Source: Fusobacteriota bacterium
GTDB taxonomy: Bacteria; Fusobacteriota; Fusobacteriia; Fusobacteriales; JBNJFI01
Direction: 5' to 3'
Length of the DNA: 64,000 nt
NCBI GenBank assembly: GCA_051746725.1
Contig: JBNJFI010000003.1
Coordinates: 5,228 to 69,227, forward strand
Position numbers and translations under genes: made by a program. How positions within the stretch are numbered: the stretch's first letter is position 1; each line of letters begins with the position of its first letter. The notes under the pieces are model-generated. The model was not told the DNA's origin. It worked only from the letters and a program-made list of their open reading frames with translations, and made no database searches. Positions 1-8,109 of this stretch are shown one piece after another.

Positions 1-2
1 AA

Positions 3-215
3 GCAGAAATAATAAATGCAATACAAAGACCTGTGGGAGCTACTACAGTTGATGGGATTAAAAAGAGATGTAGACCTGGTTCAGGTAGATGTCAAGCTGG
101 ATTTTGCGGACCTCGAATTCAAGAAATTTTAGCCAGAGAATTAGGGAAAGATATGAAAGATATATTAAAGGATAATGATGGGTCATATATTTTAACAGAA
201 AGAACTAAAGAATAA
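3..215 (+). CDS. 3' end (5'-truncated by window) of FAD-dependent oxidoreductase, glycerol-3-phosphate dehydrogenase GlpA/LhgO-like, with C-terminal BFD-like [2Fe-2S] domain
   Basis: Frame is open from the window edge (AEIINAIQRPVGATTVDGIKKRCRPGSGRCQAGFCGP); the R-x-G-x-G-x-CQ-x-G-x-C motif is typical of the BFD-like tail; followed by its usual two partner genes. Confidence 0.8.
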   Translation, partial: AEIINAIQRPVGATTVDGIKKRCRPGSGRCQAGFCGPRIQEILARELGKDMKDILKDNDGSYILTERTKE

Positions 216-258
216 GGGGAAATTATATGATAGGATTTCAAAAAAGAAAGGAGAAATC

Positions 259-1548
259 ATGAAAAATTATGATATTGTAGTTGTTGGTGGTGGGCCAGCA
301 GGCTTGGCAGCAGCTATAGAGGCAAAAAAAAATGGAGCAGATTCTATTTTAGTATTAGAACGAGATATAGAATTAGGCGGGATATTGCAACAGTGTATTC
401 ACAATGGTTTTGGATTACATATATTTAAAGAAGAGTTGACAGGTCCAGAATATGCAGAAAGATTTATAAATGAATTAAAAGAGATGAATATAAATTATAA
501 ATTAGATACAATGGTCCTATCGATAACAGAAAACAAAAAAGTTACAATTATGAACACAAAAGATGGTTTGTCAAATATAGAAGCTAAGGCTATTATTTTA
601 GCAATGGGGTGTCGAGAAAGAACAAGAGGGGCATTATCTATACCGGGATATAGGCCAGCAGGTGTTTTCACAGCTGGGACAGCCCAGCGTTTTATAAATA
701 TGGAAGGGTATATGACAGGCAAGAAGGTTGTGATACTTGGATCAGGAGATATTGGGCTTATCATGGCTAGACGGATGGCTCTAGAAGGAGCCGAAGTAAA
801 AGCAGTAGCTGAAATAATGCCTTTTTCAGGGGGATTAACTAGAAATATAGTTCAGTGTCTTCATGATTATGATATCCCATTATTATTAGAACATACAGTC
901 CAAGAAATAAAAGGGAAAAATAGAGTTGAAAGTGTTATAATTTCAAAGGTAGATAAAAAGAGAAACCCAATCCCTGGAACCCAAAAAGAATATGAATGCG
1001 ATACTCTTTTATTGTCAGTTGGATTAATTCCAGAAAATGAATTATCTTTAGAAGCTGGCATTAAATTGGATTCTAAAACATCTGGTCCCATTGTAAATGA
1101 ATCAATGGAAACTTCAGTAGAGGGAATATTTGCATGTGGGAATGTAGTTCATGTTCATGATCTAGTTGATTTTGTTACTCAAGAGAGTCAAAGAGCGGGA
1201 AAACATGCTGCACGATATGTAGCTGGAGAAATAACAGAAGATACCAGTATTACCAATACAATACCTGGAGCTGGAATCGGATATATAGTGCCGCATAAAT
1301 TGAGAATGGAAAATGTAGAAGAAAAATTAAATTTATTAATGAGAGTTGAAAATATTTATTCAGATACTAAAATATTGATAAAAGGTGATGGCGAAATTAT
1401 AAAGGAAGTCTTTAAAAAACATTTAGCTCCAGGAGAAATGGAAAGTATTATTTTAAGAAGAGAATTAATTGACAAAAAAGGATATAAAAATATCTCTGTA
1501 GAAGTGGAAAGTGAATTAGAAAATATAGACAAAAAAGAGGTGTTATAA
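259..1548 (+). CDS. NAD(P)/FAD-dependent oxidoreductase (pyridine nucleotide-disulfide family), partner of GlpA-like protein
   Basis: N-terminal GGGPAGLAAA Rossmann motif, second GSGDIGL motif, GIFACGNV; RBS AAGGAG. Confidence 0.85.
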   Translation: MKNYDIVVVGGGPAGLAAAIEAKKNGADSILVLERDIELGGILQQCIHNGFGLHIFKEELTGPEYAERFINELKEMNINYKLDTMVLSITENKKVTIMNTKDGLSNIEAKAIILAMGCRERTRGALSIPGYRPAGVFTAGTAQRFINMEGYMTGKKVVILGSGDIGLIMARRMALEGAEVKAVAEIMPFSGGLTRNIVQCLHDYDIPLLLEHTVQEIKGKNRVESVIISKVDKKRNPIPGTQKEYECDTLLLSVGLIPENELSLEAGIKLDSKTSGPIVNESMETSVEGIFACGNVVHVHDLVDFVTQESQRAGKHAARYVAGEITEDTSITNTIPGAGIGYIVPHKLRMENVEEKLNLLMRVENIYSDTKILIKGDGEIIKEVFKKHLAPGEMESIILRRELIDKKGYKNISVEVESELENIDKKEVL

Positions 1549-1549
1549 A

Positions 1550-1927
1550 ATGAAAAAAGAGATGATCTGTATTAGTTGTCCAATTGGTTGTAGATTAACA
1601 GTAATTTCAGATGAAACGGAGGAATCTGGATATAGAGTAGAAGGTAATATATGTCCCCGTGGAAAAGCATATGGAATAAAGGAAATGACTAATCCTACTA
1701 GGATAATACCCACAACAGTAAAAATAGAAGGAGCTCTTTTACCAAGGTTACCTGTTAAAACAGAACAAGGGGTACCTAAAGAAGTTATATTTGATTGTAT
1801 GGATGAAATAAATAAGGTTGAAGTAGAAGCACCAGTAAAATTAGGAGATATTATAATTAAAAATATTTTAGATACAGGAGTAAATATAGTTGCTACTAGA
1901 AGTATGAAAAGAGAAAAAGAAAGTTAA
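1550..1927 (+). CDS. DUF1667 family small Cys-containing (Fe-S/metal) protein
   Basis: CISCPIGC...GNICPRG pattern; third gene of the conserved oxidoreductase trio; starts 1 bp after the upstream stop. Confidence 0.8.
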   Translation: MKKEMICISCPIGCRLTVISDETEESGYRVEGNICPRGKAYGIKEMTNPTRIIPTTVKIEGALLPRLPVKTEQGVPKEVIFDCMDEINKVEVEAPVKLGDIIIKNILDTGVNIVATRSMKREKES

Positions 1928-2010
1928 AATATATAAATTATACGTAAAGATTAGATATAAACTTATTATATGGAAAATTAATATAATAAAAGTTATACGA
2001 AACTAAGAAA

Positions 2011-2050
2011 AAAATGGAAGTCAAAAATTATAATTTTTGACTTCCATTTT
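2011..2050. terminator. Bidirectional intrinsic terminator (perfect 40-bp palindrome) between convergent genes
   Basis: AAAATGGAAGTCAAAAATTA|TAATTTTTGACTTCCATTTT is its own reverse complement; lies between stops at 1927 (+) and 2075 (-). Confidence 0.85.
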
Positions 2051-2074
2051 CAGTATCTATTTAATTTGCTCTAC

Positions 2075-2362
2075 TCATGCACTCACCTCGATACTATTTC
2101 CTTGTAAAAGATTAGTAGCGATAACAGTAGATGCAGATTTTGTGTATTGCTGTGTTTTTTCTAACTTTGTAGCAAGATTTTTGACTTGATCTTGTAAATT
2201 AAAATCAAGTTTACTTTTTCTCGCTTTTTTGGAATCACTTTTTTGAACTTCCACCTTACTTTTTATTACATCTGTCTCCTCTAACCTTTTTTGAGTCTGC
2301 GTTACATTAGTTTGATTACTAGCCAAGCTTGGTCTAGTAATACTTGCTTGAACTAACATCAT
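2075..2362 (-). CDS. Small hypothetical protein (~95 aa), candidate sigma28-regulon member with FlgM-like/YjfB-like features
   Basis: Only credible minus-strand gene; SD AAGGAAGGTGA just upstream of ATG at 2362; has its own promoter and a convergent terminator; low-complexity N-terminus; C-terminus VKNLATKLEK..Y..IATNLLQGNSIEVSA. Confidence 0.7.
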   Translation of the reverse strand: MMLVQASITRPSLASNQTNVTQTQKRLEETDVIKSKVEVQKSDSKKARKSKLDFNLQDQVKNLATKLEKTQQYTKSASTVIATNLLQGNSIEVSA

Positions 2363-2409
2363 AATCACCTTCCTTGGATTTTGTTATACAGTCCCTCCTT
2401 GGACTATAT
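2363..2409 (-). promoter_or_regulatory. Two GGA-loop hairpins in the 5' UTR (CsrA/RsmA-type binding sites)
   Basis: Minus strand: ATATAGTCC-AAGGAG-GGACTGTAT (9-bp stem, 2386-2409) and AATCC-AAGGAA-GGTGATT (bulged stem overlapping the SD, 2363-2380). Confidence 0.55.
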
Positions 2410-2424
2410 TCGATCATATAAAGA

Positions 2425-2451
2425 TTATCGTGAGAAAAGGGAAAAACTTTA
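2425..2451 (-). promoter_or_regulatory. sigma28 (FliA/SigD)-type promoter
   Basis: Minus strand TAAAGTTT-N11-CACGATAA versus consensus TAAAGTTT-N11-GCCGATAA (-35 8/8, -10 6/8, exact spacing). Confidence 0.7.
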
Positions 2452-2459
2452 ATTAAAAC

Positions 2460-2488
2460 TTTACATAAAACTGTAAATTTGATAAAAT
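2460..2488 (+). promoter_or_regulatory. sigma70-type promoter with extended -10 for moxR operon
   Basis: TTTACA-N17-TAAAAT with TG at 2480-2481. Confidence 0.55.
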
Positions 2489-2528
2489 TTAGTAGTAGAA
2501 AATTTAAGTGGGAGGTTTTAAAAATAAA

Positions 2529-3491
2529 ATGGAAGTAGAAGTAATTAATGATAAGGTGTCTAAGTATCAAGGAATGATTGATTTAATTAAAAAAGAAATT
2601 TCTAAAGCTGTAATTGGACAGGAATATATGATTGATCGTATTTTGATTGGTGCATTTACAGGAGGTCATTTATTAATTGAAGGAGTTCCTGGATTGGCAA
2701 AATCGTTAACAGTCAATACAATTTCGAAGGTTTTAAATGCAGAGTTTAAAAGAATTCAATTTACTCCAGATTTATTACCAGCTGACATATTAGGTACACA
2801 GATATATCATCAGAAAACAGGAGATTTTGTTACCAAAAAAGGGCCTCTTTTTAGTAATATTATTTTAGCAGATGAGATAAATAGAGCTCCAGCAAAGGTG
2901 CAGTCAGCTTTATTAGAAGCTATGCAGGAAAAGCAGATAACAATAGGTGATATTACTTACAAATTAAATTCACCTTTTTTGGTATTAGCTACCCAAAATC
3001 CACTGGAACAACAAGGGACTTATCCATTGCCAGAAGCTCAGCAAGATAGATTTATGTTAAAACTAAAAGTAGATTATCCATCTAGAAAAGAGGAAGAAGA
3101 TATTATAAACTTATTAACTGAAAATCAAGATGATAATGAAATTGCTAAAGTTTTAGATAAAGAAACAATATTTGAAATAAGAAAGTTAATAAAAAATATT
3201 TATGTAGATGATAAAATCAAAAAATATGTTTTAGATATAATTTTTAAGACTCGAGAAGATTCTCAGTATATAAATTGTGGAGCCTCTCCTAGAGCTTCTA
3301 TAAATTTAATAGTAGCGGCAAAGGGAAGAGCGTTTTTAGAAGGTAGAGGATATGTTACTCCAGATGATATTAAGGATATAGCATATGATGTATTAAGACA
3401 TAGAATATTACTAACTTATGAAGCTGAAGCAGAAGAAATAAATAAAGAAGAAATGATATCAAGAATATTAGAAGATGTTACTTCACCATAA
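2529..3491 (+). CDS. moxR: MoxR family AAA+ ATPase
   Basis: LIEGVPGLAKS Walker A, RIQFTPDLLPAD, LADEINRAPAK, ATQNP; start moved to ATG 2529 downstream of GGAGG. Confidence 0.93.
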   Translation: MEVEVINDKVSKYQGMIDLIKKEISKAVIGQEYMIDRILIGAFTGGHLLIEGVPGLAKSLTVNTISKVLNAEFKRIQFTPDLLPADILGTQIYHQKTGDFVTKKGPLFSNIILADEINRAPAKVQSALLEAMQEKQITIGDITYKLNSPFLVLATQNPLEQQGTYPLPEAQQDRFMLKLKVDYPSRKEEEDIINLLTENQDDNEIAKVLDKETIFEIRKLIKNIYVDDKIKKYVLDIIFKTREDSQYINCGASPRASINLIVAAKGRAFLEGRGYVTPDDIKDIAYDVLRHRILLTYEAEAEEINKEEMISRILEDVTSP

Positions 3492-3528
3492 ATTAATAAA
3501 ATAATTTTTTTTATAAAAGGGGAGTAAA

Positions 3529-4344
3529 ATGATTTCAAAAGATCTAATAAAAAAAATAAAGAAAATAGAAATAAAATCCAATAAAATAGCAAACACACTT
3601 TTTTCAGGGGAATATCATTCATATTTTAAAGGAAATGGAATGGAATTTGAAGATATAAGAGAATATTATCCAGGAGATGATATTAGAAATATCGATTGGA
3701 ATGTTACTGCAAGACAAGGCAAAGCATATGTAAAACAATATAAAGAGGAACGAGAATTAAATATGTTTTTGCTTGTGGATATATCTAGGTCAAACTTTTT
3801 TGGAAACAAGAAAGATATTATAGCCGAAATAGGCGCTACATTGTCATTTTCTGCCATGAAAAATAATGATAAAATTGGAAGTATTCTTTTTACAGATAAG
3901 ATAGATAAAATTATCCCTTCCAAAAAAGGGAAAAAGCATGTATTATCTATTATAGAAAATATTTTAGATTATAAATCAGAAAATAAAAAAACTGATATAC
4001 AAAATGCACTAGAATATTTTAACCGAATACAAAAAAAACGAAGCATTGTATTTTTAATATCTGACTTTTTAGATTCTGGATATGAAGACCAAATAAAGAT
4101 GATATCAAAAAAGCATGATTTAGTCTTAATTAGAATAATTGATAGAATGGAAGAAAAATTACCCAAAGGTGCTATATTTTCATTTGAAGATTTAGAAACA
4201 GGAGAAGAAATTACTATAGAAAATTTAAAAAAGGATAGAACCTTAAATATAAACAAGAATATTCCTTCTAAAAATTTGATAACTATATATACTGATGAAG
4301 ATTATATAAAACCATTAAAGCTCTTTTTTGAAAAGAGAATATAA
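3529..4344 (+). CDS. DUF58 domain protein (vWA-like, MoxR-associated)
   Basis: GxGMEFEDIREYYPGDDIRNIDWNVTAR, LLVDISRS, FLISDF. Confidence 0.92.
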   Translation: MISKDLIKKIKKIEIKSNKIANTLFSGEYHSYFKGNGMEFEDIREYYPGDDIRNIDWNVTARQGKAYVKQYKEERELNMFLLVDISRSNFFGNKKDIIAEIGATLSFSAMKNNDKIGSILFTDKIDKIIPSKKGKKHVLSIIENILDYKSENKKTDIQNALEYFNRIQKKRSIVFLISDFLDSGYEDQIKMISKKHDLVLIRIIDRMEEKLPKGAIFSFEDLETGEEITIENLKKDRTLNINKNIPSKNLITIYTDEDYIKPLKLFFEKRI

Positions 4345-4395
4345 ATCATAACAAATTAAATTAATAAATTTAATAATTTTAAAGAGGGGAAAACA

Positions 4396-5160
4396 ATGAA
4401 AAAAATAATAATAGCTTTATTTGTTTTAATCGGAATCACAATTTTTTCTCAAAAAATATATATTGGGGATTTAGTTAATTTAAGTATCGAAGGAAAAAAC
4501 ATAACTAAAAATCAAATAGAAGAAAAATTTAAGGGGTTTGAAATAGAAAAATTAGTCAAAAAAGATAATGGATATGAATTATCCATTAGAAGCTTTGAAA
4601 CAGGAACCCATAATATTTCAATTGGAAATACAGATCTTGAAATTATAGTTGAATCTGTTATAGAGGAAAAAGATAAATCAGATCCAAACAAAATATTAGA
4701 TGTTACAGAAAAAGGTCAAATAGAAATTGATCTTTTAAAATCACCTTTGCCAATAACCTATTTTTTAATAGGAATTGCCATTTTTATATTTATGATTATA
4801 ATACTAATTATATTAAAATTCTGTAAATCAAGGAAACACAATAGGGAATCTTCTTTCCAAAGATTTATAAATCAAATTAGAAATATTGAATCAGAGGAAT
4901 ATTTTTTTGAATTAACTAAAATATTTAAAGAGTACATATATAACAGATACAAAATAAAAATATCCGGGAAAACATCCAAAGAAATTTTAAAGGAAGTGCC
5001 TGGTCAGATTGACAAGGAAAAATTAAAAGCATGGCTTGATTTTGCAGATTTATGTAAATTCGGTGGATTAGTTCCCACTCCTGAGGAGAAAGAACTATAT
5101 AAAAATATGCTGGTAGAAATTATACAAAAATCAGAAGAGGAAATATTTGAGGTGGAATAA
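4396..5160 (+). CDS. Exported/membrane protein of the Bat locus (DUF4381/BatD-like)
   Basis: Signal peptide, internal TM helix, C-terminal ADLCKFGG..P motif; position between DUF58 and vWA gene. Confidence 0.6.
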   Translation: MKKIIIALFVLIGITIFSQKIYIGDLVNLSIEGKNITKNQIEEKFKGFEIEKLVKKDNGYELSIRSFETGTHNISIGNTDLEIIVESVIEEKDKSDPNKILDVTEKGQIEIDLLKSPLPITYFLIGIAIFIFMIIILIILKFCKSRKHNRESSFQRFINQIRNIESEEYFFELTKIFKEYIYNRYKIKISGKTSKEILKEVPGQIDKEKLKAWLDFADLCKFGGLVPTPEEKELYKNMLVEIIQKSEEEIFEVE

Positions 5161-6119
5161 TGTTTGAATTTGCTAATATATATTTTTTATTGTTAATACC
5201 AATAGCGTTATTTATTTTTTTAAGAAAAAGGAAAACAAATAATATAAAATTTTCAAGGATTTCTTTATTTAAAGATCAAAACATAAAAAAAACCATAAAA
5301 CATAAAATAGGGCCTTATATTATATTATTAGCTGTTATCTTGTTTATAATAGCTTTGGCTCGTCCAAGAATTTCAACTAAAAACCAAATCATAGAAAGAG
5401 ATGGACTTGATATAATAATAAGTATGGATATTTCTAGAAGTATGGAAGCTCAAGATTTTAAACCTAATCGTTTAGAGGCTGCAAAAAAGGTTGGTATAGA
5501 TTTTGTGGAAAAAAGAGAAAGTGATAGGATAGGTTTTGTTGTGTTTAGTGGAACAGCTTATACAAAGATACCGTTGACTTTAGATCATTTAGTATTAAAA
5601 GAAACTATATCTAGAGTTAATTTCAATGATGTTTCTAAAAGAGGGACTGCAATTGGAATGGGGATATCTGTTGCTTTAAATAGATTAAAGGATAGTAAGT
5701 CAAAATCTAAAGTGATAATTTTATTAACAGATGGAGAAAATAATACTGGGGAGATAAACCCCATAACCGCAATGAATTTAGCAAAAGAATTAGATGTAAA
5801 AATATATACTATTGGAGTTGGAGCTGAGACTATAACTCAAAATACTTTCTTCGGGAAACGTGAGGTTAAAAATACTGCCTTAGATGAAGAACTTTTAGAA
5901 AAAATATCTAGAGAAACTAAAGGTAAGTATTTTAGAGCAAAAGATTTAAAAAGTCTAGAAGAAATTTTTAATAATATTGATAAATTAGAAAAAACAAAAA
6001 TAGAGGATAAAAGTTTTTATAATTATAATGAGTTATATTACGTTCTAGTAAAAATTGGACTACTTTTATTAATTATAGGATTATTTTTTGAAAAAATATT
6101 ATTTTTAAAAATTCCATAA
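5160..6119 (+). CDS. batA: vWA domain membrane protein, BatA-like
   Basis: N-terminal LLLIP BatA-type TM segment, ALARP, MIDAS DISRS / GTAIG / LLTDGENN. Confidence 0.85.
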   Translation: MFEFANIYFLLLIPIALFIFLRKRKTNNIKFSRISLFKDQNIKKTIKHKIGPYIILLAVILFIIALARPRISTKNQIIERDGLDIIISMDISRSMEAQDFKPNRLEAAKKVGIDFVEKRESDRIGFVVFSGTAYTKIPLTLDHLVLKETISRVNFNDVSKRGTAIGMGISVALNRLKDSKSKSKVIILLTDGENNTGEINPITAMNLAKELDVKIYTIGVGAETITQNTFFGKREVKNTALDEELLEKISRETKGKYFRAKDLKSLEEIFNNIDKLEKTKIEDKSFYNYNELYYVLVKIGLLLLIIGLFFEKILFLKIP

Positions 6120-6136
6120 AATAATAATTATAAAAT

Positions 6137-6160
6137 TTTGAGACTTACTTTGAGACTTAC
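6137..6160. repeat. Perfect tandem 12-bp direct repeat
   Basis: TTTGAGACTTAC at 6137-6148 and 6149-6160, just upstream of the RBS of the MBL gene. Confidence 0.9.
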
Positions 6161-6174
6161 AGAGAGGGAGTAAA

Positions 6175-6783
6175 ATGGAAATAAAAAAATTTGTATTAGA
6201 TAATTTAGAATCCAATAGTTATTTATATTATAATCTAAAAAGTAAAGAAACTTTTTTGATAGACATTGGAGGAAAGAACATTAAAGATATTCTTGAGTAT
6301 ATAAAAGCTAATAAACTAAATCTGACAAAACTGATTTTAACCCATGGACATATAGATCATATAGAAGGATTAAAGAGATTAATTCAATATAAAAATGATT
6401 TGCAAATTTATATAGGTCAAGAAGATTTAGAATTTTTATATGACTCCAATCTTAATTTATCAACATATGTAAATGGATATGATTTTAAAATTAGCAAAGA
6501 TATAAATATAAAAACTTATGATTCTAAAAATCCAATTGGAATATTAAACCCAATTGATTCTCCTGGACATACTAATGGGAGTAAGATGTTATATGACAAA
6601 AAAGAAGGGGTTTTATTTTCAGGAGATGTAATATTTAAAAATGGAATAGGAAGAACTGATTTTCCAACAGGATCAATAAAAAAAATGGAAACTACTATGA
6701 AAAAACTTTTAAGTTTTCCAAAGTCAACAGTGGTCTATCCTGGACATGGTCCGAAGTTTAGGTTAGAAGAAAAATTAGATTAA
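6175..6783 (+). CDS. MBL-fold metallo-hydrolase (glyoxalase II-like)
   Basis: THGHIDHI, PGHT, FSGD, PGHG motifs. Confidence 0.9.
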   Translation: MEIKKFVLDNLESNSYLYYNLKSKETFLIDIGGKNIKDILEYIKANKLNLTKLILTHGHIDHIEGLKRLIQYKNDLQIYIGQEDLEFLYDSNLNLSTYVNGYDFKISKDINIKTYDSKNPIGILNPIDSPGHTNGSKMLYDKKEGVLFSGDVIFKNGIGRTDFPTGSIKKMETTMKKLLSFPKSTVVYPGHGPKFRLEEKLD

Positions 6784-6798
6784 TACAAGGGGGAAAAA

Positions 6799-8109
6799 AT
6801 GAAGAAAGCTATATTAATATTTTTATCTTTATCAACATTTATATTTTCGTATGATTCTACTGCAGATGATACTACAGAGTTATCAGTTACGATATATAAT
6901 AATAATTTTGGGGTAGTAAAGGAGAAAAGAAATCTGGACCTAAAAAGAAATGATACCTTAATAAATTATAAAGATGTTGCGCAGCATATTGAAACTGATT
7001 CACTTATTATAAAAGGAGTGAATATATTAGAATCTAATTATGAATATGATTTAGTTAATAAACAAAAACTTTTAAGTCGGTATTTAGGAGAAAAAATATA
7101 TATAATGGATGAAACTCAAAAAAGGGAATATAAGCTATTGAGTGTGAATAATGGAATAGTAGTTCAAAATACAGAAACTCAGGAAATATATCTAGACCCT
7201 AAAGGTCAAATGATATTACCTGAATTGAAAAAAGAGTTACAAATTAAACCATCATTTATATGGGAAATTGAAAGTGGAAGGTCCGATAACTATATAGATG
7301 TCTCATATTTAACTAAAAAAATTAATTGGGAAGCAAATTATGTTTTGAATTTAAAAGATAAAAGACTAGATTTAATAGGTTGGGTAAATATTGAAAATAA
7401 TTCTGGAAAAGATTATAAGAACTCCAACCTAAAATTAATAGCTGGAGATGTAAAAAGAGTTCAAGAAAATCCCAAAATGAAATACTTAGCTTCTAGATCA
7501 AGTGCAAATGCTGAAAGTCAAGTTAAAGAACAATCCTTTTTTGACTACCATATTTATGAGATAAAAAGAAAGACAGATCTAAAAAATAATCAGGATAAAC
7601 AAATTAAATTTATAAAAACAACTAATTCTAAATTTAAAAAATATTATAAATTTAGTAATTATGATCAAAAAGTAAGAATAATGATCCAATTTGAAAACAG
7701 TGAACAAAATCGTTTAGGTTCTCCTTTGCCAAAAGGTAAGGTAAAGGTCTATAAAGAAGAAAAAGATATGAAAGAATTTGTTGGGGAAGATAGAATAGAT
7801 CATACTCCTAAGGACAAAAGCATAAAATTGAATATAGGAACTGCTTTTGACATAGAAGGAGATTTAAAACAAAAAGATTATGACAAGTTAAATCGAAATT
7901 TAAATGAAAAAGAAATGGAATATACATTTAAAAATCATAAAGATGAAGATGCACAAATTCAAGTAGAGCATAATTTAAATGGAGACTGGGAGATAATAAA
8001 TACCAGTGATGAGTATCAAAAAGAAAGCAATCAAAAGGTATTATTTGATATAGAAGTTCCTGCCAATGAAACTAAAAAAATAAACTTTAGATATAGAGTT
8101 GGTAATTGA
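6799..8109 (+). CDS. Exported DUF4139 domain protein
   Basis: Signal peptide; LSVTIYNNNFGVVKEKR, SYLT..INWEANY, LIAGDV, LPKGKVKVY motifs. Confidence 0.75.
   Translation: MKKAILIFLSLSTFIFSYDSTADDTTELSVTIYNNNFGVVKEKRNLDLKRNDTLINYKDVAQHIETDSLIIKGVNILESNYEYDLVNKQKLLSRYLGEKIYIMDETQKREYKLLSVNNGIVVQNTETQEIYLDPKGQMILPELKKELQIKPSFIWEIESGRSDNYIDVSYLTKKINWEANYVLNLKDKRLDLIGWVNIENNSGKDYKNSNLKLIAGDVKRVQENPKMKYLASRSSANAESQVKEQSFFDYHIYEIKRKTDLKNNQDKQIKFIKTTNSKFKKYYKFSNYDQKVRIMIQFENSEQNRLGSPLPKGKVKVYKEEKDMKEFVGEDRIDHTPKDKSIKLNIGTAFDIEGDLKQKDYDKLNRNLNEKEMEYTFKNHKDEDAQIQVEHNLNGDWEIINTSDEYQKESNQKVLFDIEVPANETKKINFRYRVGN

Noticed and set aside
2508-2528. GTG start for moxR given in the ORF track
   Set aside because: The GGAGG SD lies inside this extension; ATG 2529 is the more plausible start
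2334-2570. 78-aa minus-strand ORF spanning the divergent promoter region
   Set aside because: Overlaps both the moxR start and the sigma28 orphan; the region is better explained by two promoters and a structured leader
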